NCBI GenBank assembly: GCA_043741355.1
Contig: JAYUAL010000383.1
Span: 1-44,967 of the forward strand
From: Gemmatimonadales bacterium
GTDB lineage: Bacteria; Gemmatimonadota; Gemmatimonadetes; Gemmatimonadales; GWC2-71-9
Length of the DNA stretch: 44,967 nucleotides
Direction: 5' to 3'
Positions 18,340-31,383 of the stretch are shown here, piece by piece. Numbering within the stretch: the stretch's first letter is position 1; every line of letters starts with the position of its first letter. The position numbers and the translations under genes are program-made. Under the pieces are notes generated by a model. That model saw nothing but the letters and a program-made list of their open reading frames with translations. It did no database searches and had not been told where the DNA came from.

Positions 18340-18343
<4 letters not shown>
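17015..18343 (-). CDS. rsmB: 16S rRNA (cytosine-C5)-methyltransferase RsmB/Sun family
   Basis: NusB-like N-terminal half plus a SAM-methyltransferase half with DACAAPGGKA and ...LDAPCLGTG.../...STCSLEPEENE. TTG start forms a TTGA overlap with the thiG stop. Confidence 0.85.
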
Positions 18344-19125
<782 letters not shown>

Positions 19126-19126
19126 G

Positions 19127-19327
19127 TCACCCGCCTCCGACAAAGTGCACCAGCTCCACCTGATCGCCCTCGCCCAGCGGGGTCTCCGCCAGCTCGGGGC
19201 GTCTCACGATGCGGCGATTGAGTTCGACCACCACCGCGCGCGGGTCGAGCTGGAGCACGGCCAGGAGCCCAGCGGCGGTGAGCGGGCCATCAACACGCTT
19301 CGGTTCGCCGTTTACGACCAGGTCCAT
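19127..19327 (-). CDS. thiS: Sulfur carrier protein ThiS
   Basis: 66 aa. MDLVVNGEP...VELVHFVGGG with the C-terminal Gly-Gly. Lies inside track ORF 19127..19645. Confidence 0.8.
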   Translation of the reverse strand: MDLVVNGEPKRVDGPLTAAGLLAVLQLDPRAVVVELNRRIVRRPELAETPLGEGDQVELVHFVGGG

Positions 19328-19329
19328 GC

Positions 19330-19953
19330 TCACGCCTCCGAGGTCCAGGGCGCCACCAGCGCCAGCGCCGCCGCGGCGGGATCGGGGGCTTCCCAGAGCG
19401 CCGTGATCGCCGCGGCGCCCCACGCACCCGCCTGCTTCACGTCGCTCGCCCGCTCCACCGTTATGCCGCCGATCGCCACCACTGGAGCGCCCAGAGCGCA
19501 GAGCTCCGCGAGCCAGGGAAGCCCCCGGGCCGGCCGCCCGGGGTGAGACGAGGTCTCGAACACGTTGCCTGCCACCAGATAGTCCGCACCCTCCGCGATG
19601 GCGGTCTGCGCCTCTTCGCGGCTGTGGACCGAGACTCCGATCCATCCTTTCAAGAGCACTAACCGAGCCTCGCGGGGCGCAAGGTCTTCCCGCCGGAGCT
19701 GCACGCCGTGCGCGCCCACCGCGCGGGCGAGGTCGGGCCGGCTATGCACGACCACTGCGGCCTCGGCGGGCCGGGCCAGGGAGGTGACGCGCTCGGCAAA
19801 GGCGGCGAGCTGCGCGGTGGTTCCGCCCGGAGCACGCACCACCAGGGCGGCCGCCGGGCCGAGCGCTGCCACCGCCGCGGCACGCACTCCGAAATCGGCG
19901 GCACGGCAGATAGTATCGGTGGTTACCGCAAAGAGACGCGGCAACGGCCTCAT
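19330..19953 (-). CDS. thiE: Thiamine-phosphate synthase
   Basis: LFAVTTD..., HGVQLRRED, ...GVSVHS...GADYLVAGNVFETSSHPG...GGI. ATGA overlap with the fmt stop. Confidence 0.8.
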   Translation of the reverse strand: MRPLPRLFAVTTDTICRAADFGVRAAAVAALGPAAALVVRAPGGTTAQLAAFAERVTSLARPAEAAVVVHSRPDLARAVGAHGVQLRREDLAPREARLVLLKGWIGVSVHSREEAQTAIAEGADYLVAGNVFETSSHPGRPARGLPWLAELCALGAPVVAIGGITVERASDVKQAGAWGAAAITALWEAPDPAAAALALVAPWTSEA

Positions 19954-20873
19954 TCGAACACCCGGCCCGCCTCGGCTCTCCGACCACGAGCCCAGTCCCG
20001 CGCCGGCATCCGTGCTTTCCCCGCAGGTTTGACCTCCTCAATCTGGACCGCGCCCCGCCCCGTGGCCACCGTGAGCGCCGGCGACACGGCCAGCACCTCG
20101 CCCGGCATGCCGGTGCCCGGAACGACGTGGGCTCCGAACACCTTGATCTCCAGCCCGTCGAGAGTGCTCCATGCCCCCGGCTGCGGATCGAAGGCGCGGA
20201 TTCCACGGCTCACCGCGTCGGCATCGCTGTTCCAGGCGACCCGGGCGAGGCCACGATCAATCTTGGGGGCGTAGGAGGCGCGCGATTCATCCTGCGGCAC
20301 GGGCGCAAGCCCGCCGAGCCGCATGAGCGCCAGCGCCTCGACCAGGGTATCGGCCCCGAGCGCAGCGAGCCGGTCGGTCAGGGTCCCGGCGGTTTCCGCC
20401 GGGCCGATCGGGAGGGCGCTCTGGTGCAGGACCGGGCCGGTATCCATGCCCGGCTCCATCGCCATAATGGAAATACCGGTTTCGGCGTCGCCCCCGTGAA
20501 TGGCCCAGTTGATCGGCGCGGCGCCGCGTAACCTGGGCAGCAACGAGGCGTGAACGTTTATCATGCCGCGGGACGGAAGCGAGAGCAGGTCGGGCCGGAG
20601 GATATGCCCGTATGCCACCACCACGCCGATCTCGGGGTGCCAGTGCCGGAGCGCGGCGAGGAATACGTCGCCTCGGGGCCGGTCGGGCTGCAGCACCGGC
20701 AGGCCGTGGCGGAGCGCGGCCTGCTTGACGGGGGGGGGCACCAGGGTAGAGCGGGAGCGGCCGTGCGGCTTGTCGGGCTGGGTGACGACGCCGACGACCT
20801 GGGCGCGCTCGGCGAGGAGCGCCTCGAGGCTCGGCACCGCAAACTCGGGGGTGCCGAAGAAGACGATGCGCAT
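19950..20873 (-). CDS. fmt: Methionyl-tRNA formyltransferase
   Basis: ATG at 20873 (MRIVFFGTPEFAVPSL). INVHASLLPRLRGAAPI. Track ORF 19950..20942 over-extends upstream. Confidence 0.9.
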   Translation of the reverse strand: MRIVFFGTPEFAVPSLEALLAERAQVVGVVTQPDKPHGRSRSTLVPPPVKQAALRHGLPVLQPDRPRGDVFLAALRHWHPEIGVVVAYGHILRPDLLSLPSRGMINVHASLLPRLRGAAPINWAIHGGDAETGISIMAMEPGMDTGPVLHQSALPIGPAETAGTLTDRLAALGADTLVEALALMRLGGLAPVPQDESRASYAPKIDRGLARVAWNSDADAVSRGIRAFDPQPGAWSTLDGLEIKVFGAHVVPGTGMPGEVLAVSPALTVATGRGAVQIEEVKPAGKARMPARDWARGRRAEAGRVFE

Positions 20874-21406
20874 TACTCCGGCCGCGCGTGCTCCGGGCGG
20901 ATGGTCTTGATGACGCCCTCCCCGCGATGCTCCTTTTTCCACCGGGCCACCAGCAGTTGCCGCTTGAGAGCGCCCAGGTGGTCGATGAACAGGATGCCGT
21001 CCAGGTGATCTACCTCATGCTGGATGGCCCGGGCCAGGAGGCCGCTCGCCTCCTTGCGGTACGGCGTGCCATCCCGGCCCACCGCTTCCAGGATGATGCG
21101 CTCCGGGCGGGTGACATCTCCATACGCCTCGGGAATGGACAGGCATCCCTCCTCGGCCCGGTCGCGCCCCTCCGCGCTCACGATCACCGGATTGACCATG
21201 ACGAGGCGCTCGGCTTCGACGCCCACCACCGCGACGCGGGTGGCTACGCCCACCTGGTTGGCCGCAAGACCCACCCCTTTGGCGGCGTCCATGGTCTCGA
21301 ACAGGTCGTCGATGAATCGACGCACCTCGGCGTCCACTTCGGACACCTCGGCGCTCTGCTGGCGGAGAACCGGCGAGCCCAGCAGGTGAAGGTCGCGAAC
21401 CGCCAC
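20873..21406 (-). CDS. def: Peptide deformylase
   Basis: GVGLAANQVG, EGCLSIP and HEVDHLDG metal-site motifs. GTG start. Confidence 0.9.
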   Translation of the reverse strand: MAVRDLHLLGSPVLRQQSAEVSEVDAEVRRFIDDLFETMDAAKGVGLAANQVGVATRVAVVGVEAERLVMVNPVIVSAEGRDRAEEGCLSIPEAYGDVTRPERIILEAVGRDGTPYRKEASGLLARAIQHEVDHLDGILFIDHLGALKRQLLVARWKKEHRGEGVIKTIRPEHARPE

Positions 21407-21407
21407 G

Positions 21408-24996
<3,589 letters not shown>

Positions 24997-25000
<4 letters not shown>

Positions 25001-25182
25001 AGCGCGCTCGCCTTCCAGCGCACCGGGCGCATCCCGGGGGTGATCTCATGCCTGGCGTGGCAGGAGACGCACTTGTCGATGACCTTGGTGGTCCCCGCGG
25101 GAACGAACTTCCGGTTGGTGGAGCCACAGCGGGTGCATTGCCACTCGGCGGTGACGTGCGGGCTGCTGGACACGGCGATCAT
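24997..25182 (-). CDS. Small zinc-ribbon protein (61 aa) encoded between ruvA and ruvB
   Basis: CTRC...(18 aa)...CVSCH. High GC3. ATG forms an ATGA overlap with the ruvA stop, and its TGA abuts or overlaps the ruvB reading frame. Confidence 0.55.
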
Positions 25183-25781
25183 CCCCGTCCTCCTCGTGGG
25201 GTAGTGAGGTGCTGCAGGGCCCGCCGGACCAGCACGGCCACGTCGTCGGTCCGGCCTTCGGCCAGCACCGCGCGGACCGCCTCGTCGGCGGTGGGCTGCG
25301 GGTAGCCGAGGGCCAGGAGCGCCTTCGCGGCTTCATCGGCCGGCCGACCCCGGCCCGGCGCGGGAGAAATGGCCAGGTCGCTGAACCGATCCGACAATTC
25401 CACGATCAGTTTCTCGGCGCGCTTTTTTCCGATGCCGTTCACGGTGCTGAGCGCCGCCACGTCCTTGCCCTGAATGCTGCGCACCGCGCGCTCCGGCCCC
25501 AGGGTGGAAAGAATGGCCAGGGCCAGCCTGGGCCCGAGGCCGGTCGCGCCGAGCAGACGCTGGAAGATCGCCCGCTCGACCACCGAGTCGAAGCCGTACA
25601 GCGTCCAGGCGTCTTCCCGGATCACCAGCTCGGTGTAGAGCTGGCAGCGCGCGCCCAGGGCGGGCAGGCGCTCGAACACGCCCAGCGGAACCGACACCTC
25701 GTAGCCGACACCGCCGTCGGTCTGAATCAGGACCGCCTCGCCCTGGCGATCGGCCAGGACGCCCGCCACGGTGGCGATCAT
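25179..25781 (-). CDS. ruvA: Holliday junction DNA helicase subunit RuvA
   Basis: MIATVAGVLA...GGVGYEV.VP..., with HhH region FQRLLGATGLGPRLALAILS and VNGIGKKRAEKLIVEL. Confidence 0.9.
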   Translation of the reverse strand: MIATVAGVLADRQGEAVLIQTDGGVGYEVSVPLGVFERLPALGARCQLYTELVIREDAWTLYGFDSVVERAIFQRLLGATGLGPRLALAILSTLGPERAVRSIQGKDVAALSTVNGIGKKRAEKLIVELSDRFSDLAISPAPGRGRPADEAAKALLALGYPQPTADEAVRAVLAEGRTDDVAVLVRRALQHLTTPRGGRG

Positions 25782-26275
25782 CGTCCGGCTCCCAGGCGGG
25801 CCGCGGTGAAGAAATGGGTCAGCGCCACCGCCACCGCGTCGGCGGCATCGGCCGGAGCGGGCGGCGCTTCGAGTTTCAGCAGCTTCGCGACCATGTATCC
25901 CACCTGAGGCTTGAGCGCCGCGCCACGTCCCACCACGGTCTTCTTCACCAGCGCCGGCGAGTACTCGGTGACCAGTATGCCCGCCTCAGCTCCCGCCAGG
26001 AGAATAACTCCCCGCGCGTGGCCCAGGACCACGGTGGTGCGCACGTTGGTGGCGTAGAAGATGCCCTCGACCGCCAGCACATCGGGGCGGTGCCGCTCGA
26101 GCAGCTCGGTGAGCCCCTCATGGATGATTTGAAGCCGCCGGGAGAGCGAGTCTCGAGGACCCGTCCGAATGATGCCGCATTCGACCAGCCGAAGTACCCG
26201 GTCGGCGTCGCGGGGTCGCTCCACCACGCCGTAGCCGACCGTCGCGGTGCCCGGGTCGATGCCCAGCACCTTCAT
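25778..26275 (-). CDS. ruvC: Crossover junction endodeoxyribonuclease RuvC
   Basis: MKVLGIDPGTATVGYGVV...AVEGIFY...ADAADAVAVAL. Confidence 0.9.
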   Translation of the reverse strand: MKVLGIDPGTATVGYGVVERPRDADRVLRLVECGIIRTGPRDSLSRRLQIIHEGLTELLERHRPDVLAVEGIFYATNVRTTVVLGHARGVILLAGAEAGILVTEYSPALVKKTVVGRGAALKPQVGYMVAKLLKLEAPPAPADAADAVAVALTHFFTAARLGAGR

Positions 26276-26288
26276 CGGCGGATCGCGA

Positions 26289-27038
26289 TCAGGCCTCTGC
26301 CTCGGCGAGCGTCGCGGCGTCGATGTCGAAGTTCGAAAACACCTTCGAAACGTCCTCCAGATCCTCCAGGACTTCCATCAGCTTGAGCAATTTCGACGCG
26401 TCGACGCCCTCGACCTTGACGGTGTTCCTGGGCACCATGGCGAGCTCGGCGGACTCGACGATGTATTTCTTGGCCTTGAGCGCGTCCTGCACCGCGTGGA
26501 ACGTGCCGGGGAGTGTGCTCACGACGTATTGCTCGCCGTCCCTGAGGAAGTCTTCCGCCCCCGCCTCCAGCGCGTCTTCGAGCGCCTGATCTTCCGAATA
26601 CCGCTCGGCGTCGAGGTAAATCTGACCCTTCCGCTCGAACATCCACGCCACCGAGTTGGTCGCGCCGAGATTGCCGTTATTGCGGCTGAAGGCGTGTCGC
26701 ACCTCGGCTACGGTGCGGTTGGGGTTGTCAGTGGTGGCCTCGATCATGATGGCCGCACCGCCGGGTCCATACCCTTCGTAGGCCACCTCTTCGTAGGTCT
26801 CGCCCTCGAGCTCGCCGGTGCCCTTCTTGATGGCGCGCTCGATGTTGTCGTTAGGGCAATTGACCGCCTTGGCGGCGTCAATGGCGGTCCGGAGGCGGGC
26901 GTTGCCGCCGGGATCGCCGCCGCCGGCCTTGGCGGCGACGATGACATCCCGGACGCGCTTGGCCCAAACCGCCGAACGCTTATTGTCGGTGGCGGCCTTT
27001 TTGTGCTTGATCTGCTTCCATTTACTGTGGCCGGCCAT
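26289..27038 (-). CDS. YebC/PmpR-family DNA-binding transcriptional regulator
   Basis: ATG at 27038. MAGHSKWKQIKHKKAATDNKRS... is the invariant N-terminus of the family. Confidence 0.9.
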   Translation of the reverse strand: MAGHSKWKQIKHKKAATDNKRSAVWAKRVRDVIVAAKAGGGDPGGNARLRTAIDAAKAVNCPNDNIERAIKKGTGELEGETYEEVAYEGYGPGGAAIMIEATTDNPNRTVAEVRHAFSRNNGNLGATNSVAWMFERKGQIYLDAERYSEDQALEDALEAGAEDFLRDGEQYVVSTLPGTFHAVQDALKAKKYIVESAELAMVPRNTVKVEGVDASKLLKLMEVLEDLEDVSKVFSNFDIDAATLAEAEA

Positions 27039-27109
27039 CGTCCTGCTCCCGTTGTCGTTCAGGGGGTGAATAATGGCAGCGGGAGAGGGTTCCGGCAATT
27101 CGGTGCGCC

Positions 27110-27496
27110 TCAGCTGTCCTCTCGGACGCGTTGCGACGCGCTGCGGGCGGCCCGGCTCAGCACCTCCGCGGCATCGCTGCCCAGCGCCTCACGCGCCGGC
27201 GCCACCAGGAGCTGGAGCACCTGGCCGGCCTTCTCGGGGCGCGGCTCATTCAGCTCGGCCAGCGCCGTGACCAGTGCGCGGCGGAGTTGCGCCGGCAGGC
27301 TCAGGCTCGATAGCCGCCGCTCCAGCGCCGCCACCCGCCGCTTGACCCCCCGTTCGGTCTGGGACGGCGTCAGCAGCAGGTCCTCCGCCACCCGCAGTGT
27401 GAGCCAGAGCGCGAAGACTCCCTCGCGGCGGGGTCCTCGGGGGGTTTCGCCCATGAGCTTGACCAGCGCCGCGCCTCCGGGGCTCAGCAGGCTCAT
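27110..27496 (-). CDS. Hypothetical helical protein (128 aa)
   Basis: ATG at 27496 forms an ATGA overlap with the stop of the GT9 gene. High GC3. It is the C-terminal part of the otherwise spurious 1122-aa track ORF. No family recognised. Confidence 0.4.
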   Translation of the reverse strand: MSLLSPGGAALVKLMGETPRGPRREGVFALWLTLRVAEDLLLTPSQTERGVKRRVAALERRLSSLSLPAQLRRALVTALAELNEPRPEKAGQVLQLLVAPAREALGSDAAEVLSRAARSASQRVREDS

Positions 27497-28500
27497 CGCG
27501 GCAGCCTTCGCAGGGCTTCCAGAACGTCCTCCGGCGTCAGGTCTTGCATGCAGCGGTGGTGTACCTCCGGGCATTTGGGGCCGCCGTGCGAGGTACAGGG
27601 CCGGCAGTAGAGCTCCCGTTCCAGCACCGTCGCCTTGGCATGATAGGGGAAAAAGCCGAACGGCTCGACGGTAGGTCCGAATAGCGCCACGACTGGCGTG
27701 CCGACGGCCGAGGCCAGGTGCATCACCCCGGTATCTCCCGACACCAGGGCGCGGGACCGCTTGAGCAACGCCGCCGAGCCGGGCAGGTCGAACTCGCCGG
27801 CGGCGCGCACGGCGCGCTCGGCTCCCGCTACGGCTACCGCATCCCCCACCTCCCGATCTTCCGCGCCGCCCACCACCACCACGTCGTTGCCGTTCTCCAC
27901 CAGGCGGCGCACCAGCGCGGTCCAGTGGTGAAGGGGCCACCGCTTGGTGAAGTGGGCCGCCCCCGGCGCTACGGCGATCAGCTGTCGGACGGCGCCGATC
28001 CCGTGTGCGGCGAGAAACACTTCCGCGGCACGGAGCGTGGGGCGGGGCAGAAACATTTCGAGCGAGCCCTCGTCGGGCTCGACATCGAGGCCACGGGCGG
28101 CGTCGAAGTAGCGCTCCGCCACCGGCCGGTGGTCGCGATAGACCTCCCGTTGGGTCCGAATCAACACTGCTCGCGCCACCCGGTGCTTGGGGTAGGTCTC
28201 CCAGCGACCTCCCACGTAACGGCGGAGCGCCAAGCTTCGCAGGCTGCCGTGCAGGTCCAGCAGGTGGCTGAATCCGCGTCCCTTGAGCTGCCGCCCCAAT
28301 GCCGCGAGGGACTGGGTTTCGTCCCAGCCGATGACCTCGGTGACGCGCGGATTGTGGGCCAGGAGAGGCGCGAAAGCCGCCTTGGTGACCACGGTGATCC
28401 GCGCGTCGGGATGGCGGCGGCGCAGAGCGCGCAGCAGCGGCGTCATGAGGAGAACATCTCCGATGGCGCTGAAGCGGACGATGAGGATGTCGGGCGGCAC
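27493..28500 (-). CDS. Glycosyltransferase family 9 (ADP-heptose:LPS heptosyltransferase-like)
   Basis: ILIVRFSAIGDVLLMTPLLRALR, ...SGDTGVMHLASAVGTPVVALFGPT. Confidence 0.85.
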   Translation of the reverse strand: MPPDILIVRFSAIGDVLLMTPLLRALRRRHPDARITVVTKAAFAPLLAHNPRVTEVIGWDETQSLAALGRQLKGRGFSHLLDLHGSLRSLALRRYVGGRWETYPKHRVARAVLIRTQREVYRDHRPVAERYFDAARGLDVEPDEGSLEMFLPRPTLRAAEVFLAAHGIGAVRQLIAVAPGAAHFTKRWPLHHWTALVRRLVENGNDVVVVGGAEDREVGDAVAVAGAERAVRAAGEFDLPGSAALLKRSRALVSGDTGVMHLASAVGTPVVALFGPTVEPFGFFPYHAKATVLERELYCRPCTSHGGPKCPEVHHRCMQDLTPEDVLEALRRLPR

Positions 28501-28552
28501 GGCGGGAATGTAGCCATGTGAAATGGGGTCGCCAGCGCGTTAGCTTCTCAGC

Positions 28553-30373
28553 ATGGCAGATCGCACGGCGTGGCGGCTCCTCGGGGCGGCGCAACCGTAT
28601 TGGGGGCTTTTCCTTCTGGGGCTGATGGCCACCCTGCTGGCCTCGCTGCTCGACGGCGTCACCCTGGTAATTCTGGTGCCCCTCCTCAAGGCCCTGTTCG
28701 GCACCGCGGGCGCCCTGGCGGGACAGGGGACCATGCTCGAGCAGGGCACCGACCGGCTTCTGGGTCCGCTGGTGGCCGGGCTGTCGTCCAGAGAAGTGGC
28801 GGGGCGCCTGGTCGTGGTGCTCCTGTCGGCGCTGGTCGTCAAGAACCTGATGCAGTATGTGGCCAACCAGCTCTCGGTGGCGGTCCAGGAGGGGCTGGTG
28901 CGGGACCTCCGGATCAAGCTGTACCGCCATCTGCTCACCCTGGACCTCAATTTCTTCCAGCGAACCCGCGCCGGACAGCTCATCTCGGGCGTGATGGTGG
29001 ACGCGGACCGGGTCAAGCAGGCGGTGACGGCTTCGCTCGCCGCGCTGTTCCAGAACTCGGTGGTCATCTTCACCACCGTCGCGATCATGGCGTTCATCTC
29101 GCTCCGGCTCACCCTGATCACGCTTGCGGCGGCGCCGATTCTGGTGCTGGGGATCCGGGCGCTGCTGACCCGGCTGCGGCGCCACTCGAGGCTGTGGCAC
29201 CAGGAACAGGCAGAGCTCACCGCCACGATCACCGAGCGCCTGGGCGCGATGAAGCTGATCCGGGCCTATGGAGGCGAGGAGGTGGAAGCGAGCTTCTTTG
29301 CCGAACAGGCCAGCCGGTACCGGAAGCGGGTCCAGCGCACCCAGCGCTATTCCTCGATGACCAGTCCGGTGAGCGAGGTCTTCGGTGGCCTGCTGCTGAT
29401 CCTGATCATCTGGTCCGCGGCCAATCCCTCGCTCAGCGGGGTTACCCTCGGCGCCGGGGCCACCATCGGCTTTCTGGTGGCGGCCCTCAAGCTCATGTCT
29501 CCCCTCAAGTCGATTTCGCAGTTCCCGGCGTCGTGGGCCATCGCGGTCACCAGTGCCGAACGGGTGTTCGGGATTCTGGACGAGCCCGCGACGGAAGTGG
29601 ATGGGCCCGATGCGCAGCTCGCCACGTTCCAGCGGGAGATTGTGTTCGACCGGGTGAGCTTCGCGTACGAGGCCGGCAATCCGGTCCTTCGGGAGGTGTC
29701 GTTCACGGTGCCCAAGGGTAGTGTCACCGCCATTGTGGGACCCTCCGGCGCCGGCAAGACTACGTTGCTCGAGCTGCTGCCCCGGTTCCACGATCCCGTG
29801 GAGGGGGAGGTACGGCTCGATGGCGTCGCACTCCCGGCACTCACCCGGGCCTCGCTGCGGTCGCACCTGGGTGTGGTGAGCCAGGACACGGTGCTGCTCA
29901 ACGACACCGTGCGCGCCAATATCGCCTACGGCCGCCCGGGGTCCAGCGCCCAATCGGTGGAGGCCGCGGCCAGCGCCGCGAACGCCCATGATTTCATAGC
30001 GCAATTGCCTCAGGGCTACGACACCCTGCTCGGAGAACGGGGCACCCGGCTCTCCGGGGGCCAGCGCCAGCGCATCGCGATTGCTCGAGCGCTGCTGCGC
30101 GATCCGCCCATTCTCCTCCTGGATGAGGCGACCAGCGCGCTGGACACCGAATCGGAACGCCTGGTGCAGAACGCCATCGAGCGCCTGATGAAGGATCGGA
30201 CGGTGCTCGTCGTCGCGCACCGGCTTGCCACGGTCCTGGACGCGGATGAGATCCTGGTGCTTGATGGCGGCCGGTTGGTGGAGCGGGGCAGTCACGCGGC
30301 GCTGGTAGCGGAGAACGGACTCTATCGCCGGCTCTACGACTTGCAGTTCCGCGGCGCGGAGGTGATGGCATGA
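28553..30373 (+). CDS. ABC transporter permease/ATP-binding fusion, MsbA-like lipid exporter
   Basis: Six-TM N-terminal half. GPSGAGKTT, LSGGQRQRIAIARALL and ILLLDEATSALD. Divergent from the heptosyltransferase gene. Confidence 0.85.
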   Translation: MADRTAWRLLGAAQPYWGLFLLGLMATLLASLLDGVTLVILVPLLKALFGTAGALAGQGTMLEQGTDRLLGPLVAGLSSREVAGRLVVVLLSALVVKNLMQYVANQLSVAVQEGLVRDLRIKLYRHLLTLDLNFFQRTRAGQLISGVMVDADRVKQAVTASLAALFQNSVVIFTTVAIMAFISLRLTLITLAAAPILVLGIRALLTRLRRHSRLWHQEQAELTATITERLGAMKLIRAYGGEEVEASFFAEQASRYRKRVQRTQRYSSMTSPVSEVFGGLLLILIIWSAANPSLSGVTLGAGATIGFLVAALKLMSPLKSISQFPASWAIAVTSAERVFGILDEPATEVDGPDAQLATFQREIVFDRVSFAYEAGNPVLREVSFTVPKGSVTAIVGPSGAGKTTLLELLPRFHDPVEGEVRLDGVALPALTRASLRSHLGVVSQDTVLLNDTVRANIAYGRPGSSAQSVEAAASAANAHDFIAQLPQGYDTLLGERGTRLSGGQRQRIAIARALLRDPPILLLDEATSALDTESERLVQNAIERLMKDRTVLVVAHRLATVLDADEILVLDGGRLVERGSHAALVAENGLYRRLYDLQFRGAEVMA

Positions 30374-31344
30374 CGCCCCCGGCGGTGCTGGTTGTGGCGG
30401 CCTTCGACGACGGTCCGCACGCCCACGCGGCCCAGCGGTGCCGGGCGCTGGAGCGGCTGGGCTGCAAGGTGGACGCATTCGATCTGCTGAAGCGTCCCGG
30501 ACTGATTGGCCGCCTGACCGGGAGCGATCTGCGGTCCCGGCTTCGGAAGGCTGTGGAAACCGCTCATGCGCGACTGGTGCTGGTGATCGGGGGACCCGAA
30601 CTCGAGCCGCCCGCCGTCGAGCAGCTCCGGCGCGACACCGGGATTCCCTGGGTCAACTGGTTTCCCGACGACATGCGCACCGCGGACGAAGTGGTCCGTC
30701 TCGCGCCGGCTTACGATTCGGTGTTCGTCTCCGGATCCGATGTGGCGATGCGGCTCGAGTCGGCCCTGCACCGGCCCATCGAGGTCGTGCCGCCCGCGGC
30801 GGACCCCTCGGTCTACCGACCGCTCCGATCCAAGGATCAGTACCGGGCCACCGTGGTGTTCGCGGGCTCCGCCACGGCCCGGCGGGAGACGTTGCTGAGC
30901 GGGCTGGTTGGGTTCGGGCTGGCTCTCTGGGGTCCCGGCTGGCGGCACACCTCGCTCCGGGACTACTGCCGGGGGGAAGTCCCCAGCACCGAAGACTACG
31001 TGCGCGCCTATGGCGGGGCGTCAGTGGCGGTGAACATCCATCACACCGCCGGCGGCAACGGCGACGGCGAGGCATGCGTGAATCAGCGGCTCTTCGAGGT
31101 GGCGGCGATCGGGGTGCCCCAAGTGGTGGACTATCGCGGGGATCTGACTCGGCACTTCAAGCCGGGCCGGGACCTCATTGTGTTCCACGATGCCGATGGG
31201 CTCAGGTCGACCGTCGCGGCGGCGCTTCAGGACTTGCCGGCGGCAGAGTTGACCGGGGTGAGTGCGCGGCGGGAGGTGCTGACGCGGCACACCTACATGC
31301 ATCGGCTGAAGATTATTCTGGATGCGGTGACGGGCGGACAGTGA
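30370..31344 (+). CDS. CgeB-like / DUF3880-type glycosyltransferase-family protein
   Basis: ATGA overlap with the msbA-like stop. VNWFPDD..., VVFAGS..., and NQRLFEVAAIGVPQVVDY. Paralogous to 32304..33254. The family name is from memory. Confidence 0.6.
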   Translation: MTPPAVLVVAAFDDGPHAHAAQRCRALERLGCKVDAFDLLKRPGLIGRLTGSDLRSRLRKAVETAHARLVLVIGGPELEPPAVEQLRRDTGIPWVNWFPDDMRTADEVVRLAPAYDSVFVSGSDVAMRLESALHRPIEVVPPAADPSVYRPLRSKDQYRATVVFAGSATARRETLLSGLVGFGLALWGPGWRHTSLRDYCRGEVPSTEDYVRAYGGASVAVNIHHTAGGNGDGEACVNQRLFEVAAIGVPQVVDYRGDLTRHFKPGRDLIVFHDADGLRSTVAAALQDLPAAELTGVSARREVLTRHTYMHRLKIILDAVTGGQ

Positions 31345-31383
31345 GGACGGTGAGGACAGACCTCACCGTCCCCACCGCCCGTC
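31329..31383. terminator. GC-rich imperfect hairpin at a convergent gene junction (candidate bidirectional terminator)
   Basis: GACGGGCGG...GGACGGTGAGG-acaga-CCTCACCGTCC...CCGCCCGTC. The plus-gene TGA (31342-31344) and the minus-gene TGA (complement of 31363-31365) both lie in the stem. Confidence 0.5.

Noticed and set aside
19954-20050. An expected TPP riboswitch upstream of thiE-thiS-thiG.
   Set aside because: The thiE ATG overlaps the fmt stop codon (ATGA), so there is no untranslated leader. The upstream sequence is fmt coding sequence.
27047-27086. An imperfect inverted repeat (CTCCCGTTG … CAGCGGGAG) in the 71-nt gap upstream of yebC.
   Set aside because: The stem is 9 bp with a mismatch on the transcribed strand, the loop is 22 nt, and there is no U-tract. 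This is too weak to call a terminator or regulatory hairpin.
27110-30478. A 1122-aa minus-strand ORF, the longest uncalled ORF in the track.
   Set aside because: It runs antisense to the well-supported MsbA-like gene and out of frame through the GT9 gene. Its translation is Arg/Pro/Gly-rich low-complexity sequence, typical of shadow ORFs in about 70% GC DNA. Only its last 128 codons (27110-27496) are kept, as a low-confidence hypothetical gene.
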